From: Acidimicrobiia bacterium
Lineage (GTDB): Bacteria; Actinomycetota; Acidimicrobiia; Spongiisociales; Spongiisociaceae
Direction: 5' to 3'
DNA: 64,000 nt
Assembly: GCA_041576165.1 (NCBI GenBank)
Contig: JBFGLM010000004.1
Location: 64,001 to 128,000 of the forward strand
This document shows positions 57,905 to 64,000 of this stretch, piece after piece. Every line of letters starts with the position of its first letter. Position 1 is the stretch's first letter. The notes beneath the pieces were generated by a model. It was not told where the DNA came from. It did no database searches and worked only from the letters and a program-made list of their open reading frames with translations. Made by a program: the position numbers and the translations under genes.

Positions 57905-59506
57905 TCAGGCTGTGACGAACTCGGCCGCCTCGAGTTTCACCGTCGCCAGCGCCGCGGCCAGCTCGCCGCGCGCTCGCAGATATGTTTCGAGGGCGTTACC
58001 GAGCCGGCGTTGAATGGCCCGGTCCAGCTCCACGGCTACGGCCTCCTGATAGGCCGCCGCTGCCCTTCGACCCGCCGCCCGGCCGGACGCTCGCAGCACT
58101 CCAGACAGCACCAGAGACAGAATGATCGCGAATGCGGCCGTCAGAATGGCGATCGGCCAGGAGCCTCGCTCGAGACCGCCCTGCCCGAAGGCCGCTGCGA
58201 GTAAGGCCAGGACCACGGTCGTAGTGAGCGCGATCTGCACGTATCCGGCCCCCTTCCACCAGCGTTGCGGTTCGGGTTGGGGTGGGGGTCCAGCCGCGGC
58301 CTGCCCGGCCACGACTGCATCGCGCAGTGCGTCGTCCAGGATCTCGGGGGCGTACTGCTCCCGCAGCGCCGCGCCCATGCGCCCTCCGATATCCACGGAC
58401 ATGTCGGTCACCAGGTCGGTCACAGGGCGGACCGCCTCCAACCAGCCCCCTCCCGCAACGAGGTCGCCCGGCGTTGGCAGGATGACGATATCCGAGCCGA
58501 CCCCCAACGCCCGGGCCACCGAGCCGCCGCGGAGCCTGGTGAGAAGCCGGGAGAGCGGACTCGCTCCCAAGGCGAGCGCATCGGTCTCTCCGACCCGGCC
58601 CATGCCCCGCCATACGACACCGTCCACCACCCGTTCCGACAGGGCCCGGGCCGATCCCTCCCGGGCTCGCGTCCAGCGGCTGCGGAAGTCGATCGATCCG
58701 GCCGATGCCACGCCCGTCACTTGCTCCAGCGCCGAAGCGGCGGCGGAGACGTCCGTCACCAGCTTGCGAAGGGCCGTTTGTTTGCGTTCGAGACGGTCGT
58801 GCAACGCATCCTCGAGCTCCTTGATCCCAGTCGGCTCACCCCAGTCCGGGGCTGCCGCGGTGACAAGCATCTCAGGGTCGTGAATCCCGTCCGCCACGAG
58901 CGATTTCCACAGATCGTTGATCACCGCCTCGCGATCTGCCGGAGTGAGACGGTCGGCGTGGTTGAGCACGTAGAGGAACTGCGACTGGTACTGCTGAAGC
59001 CTCCGCAGGAACCCAAGATGGATTGAACGGTCGTTGTACTTGAGCGGATCGAAAACCCAGACGACGGCGTCGATGCGTGGGATGAGCCGTAGAACCTCTC
59101 TCAGGTTGGCTTCGTCGTAGCTGTCCATGTCCGGCAAGTCGATCACAGCGAGATGCTCGAAACGGGTGTGGCCGGCGCGATCATGGATTTCGAGCTCATC
59201 CAGCAGCCGGATCAGCCCCGGCTCGGGGTTGGCGGGGATCCAGGCGAGGGCGCGCTGGGTGGTGGGCCGGACGACCCCGGTCTGGGCTACCTCCTCTCCG
59301 GCTAGGGCGTTGAGGATGCTTGATTTGCCGGAACCCGTCCCGCCTGCGAGTGCCACGACCACAGTCTCGCCCAGGAACCCCACCCGCCGCCGGGCGTTGC
59401 GACCGATCTCGGCGATGGGTTCCAGTTCGTCGGTACCGAACAGCTCGGCGGCCGATGCCAACGCGAGATCGAGCGAATCCAGCAGGGCATGGATGTCACT
59501 CCGCAT
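57905..59506 (-). CDS. Dynamin-like GTPase with two C-terminal TM helices
   Basis: G1 GGTGSGKSS, PTT, DLPD, NHAD; helical stalk; hydrophobic hairpin near C-terminus. Confidence 0.8.
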   Translation of the reverse strand: MRSDIHALLDSLDLALASAAELFGTDELEPIAEIGRNARRRVGFLGETVVVALAGGTGSGKSSILNALAGEEVAQTGVVRPTTQRALAWIPANPEPGLIRLLDELEIHDRAGHTRFEHLAVIDLPDMDSYDEANLREVLRLIPRIDAVVWVFDPLKYNDRSIHLGFLRRLQQYQSQFLYVLNHADRLTPADREAVINDLWKSLVADGIHDPEMLVTAAAPDWGEPTGIKELEDALHDRLERKQTALRKLVTDVSAAASALEQVTGVASAGSIDFRSRWTRAREGSARALSERVVDGVVWRGMGRVGETDALALGASPLSRLLTRLRGGSVARALGVGSDIVILPTPGDLVAGGGWLEAVRPVTDLVTDMSVDIGGRMGAALREQYAPEILDDALRDAVVAGQAAAGPPPQPEPQRWWKGAGYVQIALTTTVVLALLAAAFGQGGLERGSWPIAILTAAFAIILSLVLSGVLRASGRAAGRRAAAAYQEAVAVELDRAIQRRLGNALETYLRARGELAAALATVKLEAAEFVTA

Positions 59507-61202
59507 AGAAGGCCTCTCCCTGCGTGATCACGCGGTGCCCGGCCGCTGCGACTCGCTCCTCCTGCCCTTCGGCGGGGAACAAACCGGCTAGTACAGCGTC
59601 GAACCTCGCACGATCCTGCGCCAGAACGCCGGACATGGCCGCCGCCAGCGCTTGCTTGGCGTCGGAGATCAGGGAGCGAGCGGCCGCGGAGCCAAAAAGG
59701 TGCTCGAGGATCTTCTGCTGAACGGCTGCCGCCCCTGCCGCAACCCCGATCTCGGTGCCGGTGACACCGCCGGTGTGGACGAAAACCGTGACGGTGGCCG
59801 CGACGGCTACGGCATTGACCCCGGCGGACGCGATCTGCGCCAGCCGGCGCTTGTCGCCGCCCTGGCGCTCGACGAGCCGGGCCACGTCTGCCATCCAGTC
59901 GTCGACCGCTGCGGCGGCGCGGTCCGGAGTTGCCGGGTCCTCGTGCCAGAGGCTGTACCCGGCTCCTGCCAGCAGTCCGGAACCCACCGGTTCGAGCTCC
60001 CATGCCGCCGCAGTCGCAGCAGCCGCCCTGCCCGCCCGTCGACTCACGATGGTCTCGAGCTCGCCGCGCACCTCACCTTCGATCCGCTCGACCGGAGCGC
60101 CCATGCCGAGCAAGCGGCCGAGCCAGTCGCGTACGCGTGAGGCGCCCTCGACCAACCCCTTCATCAACTCGCCGGTCCCCAGAAACTCCTGCCACCGTTC
60201 CACCACGTGGGCCCGAATCAAGCTACCCCGTTCAATGTCTTGGGCGATCTCGTCCACCTGACGTTCATAGGAGAGACGCGCGACATCGCTCAGCGCATCC
60301 AGTTGACCACGCTCGGCCCGTACCTCCTCGATCAGACCGTCCAGCCGCACCATGATGTCGGTGATTGCCGCTCGAGTCGTCGCGACCAGCAGTCGCCGCC
60401 GTTCCTCGGGATCGGACAGCACCTGCAGCCGCTCGACAATCCGGGCGACGGTCTCTGGCGGTAGCCCGCCATGATCCGGGTCAACCCGTTGCTCATCGAT
60501 CGTGACGAAGAGGTTCACGGGGATCGAACGCTCCCGCAGCCGGCTGCGGTAATCGTCTGCTGCTGCCGATCCGCCCGGGGGCATCCGGTTCATCACGTGA
60601 ATCACCGGAATGCCGCGGTGTTGTGCCTTTTCGAGAAACCCCCACGGCACCGCGTCGGCATATCGTTGCGCGCTGGTGACGAAGATGCACACGTCCGCTA
60701 TCGCCAGCAACTCTTCGGCGATTTGCTGGTTGGTGAGCTCGACCGAATCGAAGTCGGGGGCGTCCAACACGCAGATCGCTTCGAGGAGCGGGTCGAGCCC
60801 GGCCACGATCTTCATCGGCCGCTCCGCATCGGAGGCGGTTCCGTAGCCGGTGAGAAAATCGAACGCGAATTCGGCTTCGTGTTTCTGGTGGCACCACAGC
60901 ACCGGCAGCCGGGTCGTTGGACGGAGCGCCCCGGGCTCGGTGACCCGGTAACCGGCAATGGAGTTGACGATCGTGGATTTGCCGCTCCCGGTGGAGCCCA
61001 CGACCACCACCCTTGCCGGTCCTTCGATGTCGGCGAGCCGCGGCAAGAGGTACTCGTGTATCGACCACGCGATGCCGTCGCGTAGCCGGCTGCGCCGGTC
61101 CTGGTTCGGTCCGGGCACCGCGAACTGCACCGACTCGACTTCCTGCGCCAGGGCGTCGAGTGCGGCTCGTAGGTCTGCGGCCTCGGATACGGGAGGGGAC
61201 AT
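59496..61202 (-). CDS. Dynamin-like GTPase
   Basis: G1 GSTGSGKST, PTT, DAPD, TSAQRYAD, NR; helical stalk and Gly/Ala hydrophobic paddle. Confidence 0.82.
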   Translation of the reverse strand: MSPPVSEAADLRAALDALAQEVESVQFAVPGPNQDRRSRLRDGIAWSIHEYLLPRLADIEGPARVVVVGSTGSGKSTIVNSIAGYRVTEPGALRPTTRLPVLWCHQKHEAEFAFDFLTGYGTASDAERPMKIVAGLDPLLEAICVLDAPDFDSVELTNQQIAEELLAIADVCIFVTSAQRYADAVPWGFLEKAQHRGIPVIHVMNRMPPGGSAAADDYRSRLRERSIPVNLFVTIDEQRVDPDHGGLPPETVARIVERLQVLSDPEERRRLLVATTRAAITDIMVRLDGLIEEVRAERGQLDALSDVARLSYERQVDEIAQDIERGSLIRAHVVERWQEFLGTGELMKGLVEGASRVRDWLGRLLGMGAPVERIEGEVRGELETIVSRRAGRAAAATAAAWELEPVGSGLLAGAGYSLWHEDPATPDRAAAAVDDWMADVARLVERQGGDKRRLAQIASAGVNAVAVAATVTVFVHTGGVTGTEIGVAAGAAAVQQKILEHLFGSAAARSLISDAKQALAAAMSGVLAQDRARFDAVLAGLFPAEGQEERVAAAGHRVITQGEAFYAE

Positions 61203-61278
61203 TGCGGCAGGATTATGGCCGACCCCGCCTGCTTCCGAGTACTCCTGAGATCCTTGTGATGCCGGACGCCGGTTGGAG

Positions 61279-61300
61279 TTATCCCTGACTTATCCCTCAG
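61279..61300 (+). promoter_or_regulatory. Direct repeat with 11-bp period (candidate OmpR-family binding site)
   Basis: TTATCCCTGAC-TTATCCCTCAG upstream of the secreted-protein gene next to the two-component system. Confidence 0.5.
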
Positions 61301-61357
61301 GAGAGGATCCTGCAAACCATGGTGCGAGATCGTGAGGGTCGAGAAAGGAGAATCACC

Positions 61358-61996
61358 TTGTTTCGTCGACTCGCACCAATCCTTGCCGCCAGCGTCGCTC
61401 TCACGGTGGTCGGCGGTCTGGCGTGGGCATCGGCCGGGCCGTCCGGTTCGAGCTCGAGCTCCAGCCCCGGCACCCGGCCGACCCCGGATTCGTCCGCTGT
61501 ATCGAGCCTCGTCGCCGGGTCGCAGAGCAGCACGAGCACGCCTGGCACCGTGACAATCGCCACGGCTCCCGCTGCCGCAGGGAGCATCCCGGATTCGACC
61601 ACGACCTCGGTCGCAGCTCCCTCGCCCAGCACTGCCAGCACGGGTGTCTCGACGTCGACACCCACCAGCGCAGCCACCACCGCCACGACGGAACCGGCCA
61701 CGACGTCGACCAGCATCGGCGGCTCTACAACGACCGCAACCCAGCCGGATCAGGACGACAGCGGCAGCCGGGCACCGAGCACGCATGTATTTGCTGTGGG
61801 AAGCGCCGGTTCCATTACGGTCACGGTCAACGTTGGGAACCTGTCGCTGGATGCGGTAAACGCCAACTCGGGATGGTCCGCCACCGTCGAAAAGGCCGAG
61901 CCAGACCGGATCCGTGTGGAGTTCGCCGACGGTGACGATGACATCGAGATCGACGTCCGGCTGACCGGGGGCCGCCTTGACGTTGATCGGAGCTGA
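61358..61996 (+). CDS. Secreted Ser/Thr-rich protein with small C-terminal beta domain
   Basis: GAAAGGAG RBS before TTG; signal peptide ending AWA; long S/T linker; GSAGSITV...GW...IRVEF domain. Confidence 0.75.
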   Translation: MFRRLAPILAASVALTVVGGLAWASAGPSGSSSSSSPGTRPTPDSSAVSSLVAGSQSSTSTPGTVTIATAPAAAGSIPDSTTTSVAAPSPSTASTGVSTSTPTSAATTATTEPATTSTSIGGSTTTATQPDQDDSGSRAPSTHVFAVGSAGSITVTVNVGNLSLDAVNANSGWSATVEKAEPDRIRVEFADGDDDIEIDVRLTGGRLDVDRS

Positions 61997-62036
61997 CCTC
62001 GCAGACAGATCAGTGGGTGAAATCTCCGAGTCGGGA

Positions 62037-63305
62037 TCACCCATCTCGCCCGAAACGCAGGGTGACTCGGGCGCCGCCCCCCGGGCGGTGCCCGAGCTCC
62101 ATCTGACCGTCGCCTTCCTCGACCGTGCGACGGGCAATATCTAGGCCGAGTCCGGTGGAGCCACCGGTGGACATGCCCCGCTCGCTCGCCGACCTGTTTG
62201 GGAATCCCCGACCCTCGTCCTCCACGACCAGCGTCGGCGGATCAGCCAAGACGCTGATCCAGACGGATACTCCTTCGTCAGTGTGTGCCAGCACATTGCC
62301 GATGAGTGCGTCCACCGCTGCTTCCAGATCATCGACGGCTGCGGTGACAACGACTGAGACCGCCGGCTGGTCAACCGAGATCGCACGTCCCTGATCGGTG
62401 AGGAGAGGTTCCCAGAACCGCACCCGATCGCGTACGACGGCGGTCAGGTCGGCTCGTGACCCGATGCCGGTACGGATCGGCCGTCGAGCCTCGCGAATGA
62501 GGTGATCGACCTCTCGGCCCATCGCATCCACCGCGGTGCGGACCCGACCGGCGGCATCCGAGTCCGGAAGCTGCTCGGCTTCCAGCTGCAGCGCAGTCAG
62601 CGGCGTCCGCAGCCGGTGGGAGAGGTCGGCCACCGATTCACGCTCCGATCGGAGCAGATGATCGAGCCGATCGCCGATCCGATTGAATACACGGCCGACC
62701 GTCTGCAACTCGCTGGGACCCTCGAGATCAACCCGTTGTGAGAGGTCGCCGTCTCCGAAACGGGTCGCCGCCGCCGCGAGCTTTTCGACCGGGCGCACGA
62801 TTGACCGGGCCAGCCGGTCGGCGATGAAGGCGGCCAGCGCCAGTAATCCCAGGCCCAGGCCGGCCAGCGCGATCCACGCCTTTGCGACGTTGCGATCCAG
62901 CACGTTCGAGCCCACGAACGCACGAACGACGGGGCGTTCCGACGATGCCACCACCGGTACGTACGCAGCGACCCCGTCCCCTTCGTCCACCAGCACGGCC
63001 TGTCCCCCACGGGCCCGGGCGACGGCGTCGGTATCGCCCGGCGGACCGCCGATCGTGATCCCGGACTGGAAAACAACCGACCGGGTGACTTGTGGATCTC
63101 CCACAGCTACCAAGGACGAGACAACTGCGCGGTCCAGGTCCGTCACGAGCGTCACCGACCTCGCCAACGCCTCGGCCTCTTGCAGCACGAGAGTCACGCC
63201 GCGGTCCTGAGCGAAATCGTCGATGAGCCGTGCCAAGGGGATCAAGAAGGCGAGAACGATCATCAGCGTGACCGCCAGCACAACGACGATGAATTGCGTT
63301 CTCAC
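62037..63305 (-). CDS. HAMP-domain sensor histidine kinase
   Basis: 2 TM, HAMP, H-box SHRLRTPL, N-box, DEGRG, GLGL. Confidence 0.93.
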   Translation of the reverse strand: MRTQFIVVVLAVTLMIVLAFLIPLARLIDDFAQDRGVTLVLQEAEALARSVTLVTDLDRAVVSSLVAVGDPQVTRSVVFQSGITIGGPPGDTDAVARARGGQAVLVDEGDGVAAYVPVVASSERPVVRAFVGSNVLDRNVAKAWIALAGLGLGLLALAAFIADRLARSIVRPVEKLAAAATRFGDGDLSQRVDLEGPSELQTVGRVFNRIGDRLDHLLRSERESVADLSHRLRTPLTALQLEAEQLPDSDAAGRVRTAVDAMGREVDHLIREARRPIRTGIGSRADLTAVVRDRVRFWEPLLTDQGRAISVDQPAVSVVVTAAVDDLEAAVDALIGNVLAHTDEGVSVWISVLADPPTLVVEDEGRGFPNRSASERGMSTGGSTGLGLDIARRTVEEGDGQMELGHRPGGGARVTLRFGRDG

Positions 63306-63343
63306 TCAGCCGCTCTGCGTCTGCGCGCAAAGGTGATGGTGCC

Positions 63344-64000
63344 TCACTCCGATTCTCCGGCCGCCGGATCTACGAGTTTGACGCCGACCCCCCGCACGGT
63401 TCGCAGATAGCGGGGCTCTGCAGCGCTCTCTCCGAGCTTGCGGCGCAGCCACGAAAGGTGCACGTCGACCGTCTTGTCTGCTCCCCCGTACGGCTGGCGC
63501 CATATTTCGGCCAGGAGGTCCCGTTTGGAAACGACAGTTCCGGCACGTTCGGCCAGGTAAGCCATGAGATCGAACTCTTTCCGGGTCAGTGAGAGCTCTT
63601 TTCCATCCAGCCTCGCCTCCCGGGCGTCGAGGTCGATCTCGAGCGCCCCGACCGAGAGGGCCGGGGCCGTCTCGCCCAGTGCGCCTCTCCGCAATACGGC
63701 TCTGACGCGTGCGTCCAGCTGCGCGGCGGAGAACGGCTTTACGACATAATCATCTGCCCCTGCGTCTAACACGGCCACGATGGCGGATTCTTCGTCGCGG
63801 GCCGTGACCACTATGACGGGAACCGAGCTCACCGCACGAATCATCCGCAGGATCTCGGTCCCGTCCACGTCGGGCAGACCGAGGTCGAGAACCACCGCGT
63901 CCGGCGAGGAGACGATAACCGCATTCAGTCCATCCATACCGGTCGGCTCGCTCATGACGTGGTGGCCGCGCTCGGCGAGGCCGCGAGCCACCGCTGCCCG
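63344..64000 (-). CDS. OmpR-family response regulator, 5' end outside window
   Basis: VLDLGLPD, GADDYVVKPF, LTRKEFDL, VDVH, TVRGVG. Confidence 0.93.
   Translation of the reverse strand, partial: RAAVARGLAERGHHVMSEPTGMDGLNAVIVSSPDAVVLDLGLPDVDGTEILRMIRAVSSVPVIVVTARDEESAIVAVLDAGADDYVVKPFSAAQLDARVRAVLRRGALGETAPALSVGALEIDLDAREARLDGKELSLTRKEFDLMAYLAERAGTVVSKRDLLAEIWRQPYGGADKTVDVHLSWLRRKLGESAAEPRYLRTVRGVGVKLVDPAAGESE

Noticed and set aside
1-64000. Numerous long overlapping or antisense ORFs in the track (e.g. 5759-7195 -, 11874-13046 +, 32425-34116 +, 48066-49442 -)
   Set aside because: Shadow frames expected in high-GC coding DNA; no motifs, and they overlap well-supported genes.
1-64000. tRNA, rRNA, CRISPR arrays, IS elements, integrases
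   Set aside because: No cloverleaf, repeat-spacer periodicity or transposase/integrase motifs noticed on reading; a covariance-model scan would be needed to exclude small RNAs fully.

Overview
High-GC, gene-dense chromosomal window. The gene content (F420-dependent LLM enzyme, TreS/OtsA, SseA/SufE, actinobacterial SerC, many apparently leaderless genes) suggests an actinobacterium, possibly Acidimicrobiia (inference). It holds about 62 CDSs, mostly housekeeping or metabolic: lipid/acyl-CoA catabolism, trehalose metabolism, purine catabolism (xanthine dehydrogenase-type trimer plus 8-oxoguanine deaminase), envelope functions, an ECF sigma/anti-sigma operon, a two-component system and a tandem dynamin-like GTPase pair. 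I saw no rRNA, tRNA, CRISPR array, transposase or prophage. The most notable items are partly invisible in the ORF track: (1) an OsmC/Ohr-family gene whose first catalytic Cys codon is an in-frame UGA followed by a SECIS-like hairpin (probable selenoprotein, 45739-46212); (2) a stand-alone structured ~160-nt RNA with its own sigma70 promoter, C-rich segments and terminator (22601-22763); (3) an orphan FlgM-like small protein preceded by a sigma28/WhiG-type promoter, with a second such promoter upstream of treS; (4) a translationally coupled nurA-herA-sbcD(mre11)-sbcC(rad50) operon; (5) an unlisted 59-aa ORF divergent from an Lrp regulator across an AT-rich island; (6) a TreS fusion whose maltokinase half looks catalytically degenerate. 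All functional calls come from motif recognition by eye, not database searches.
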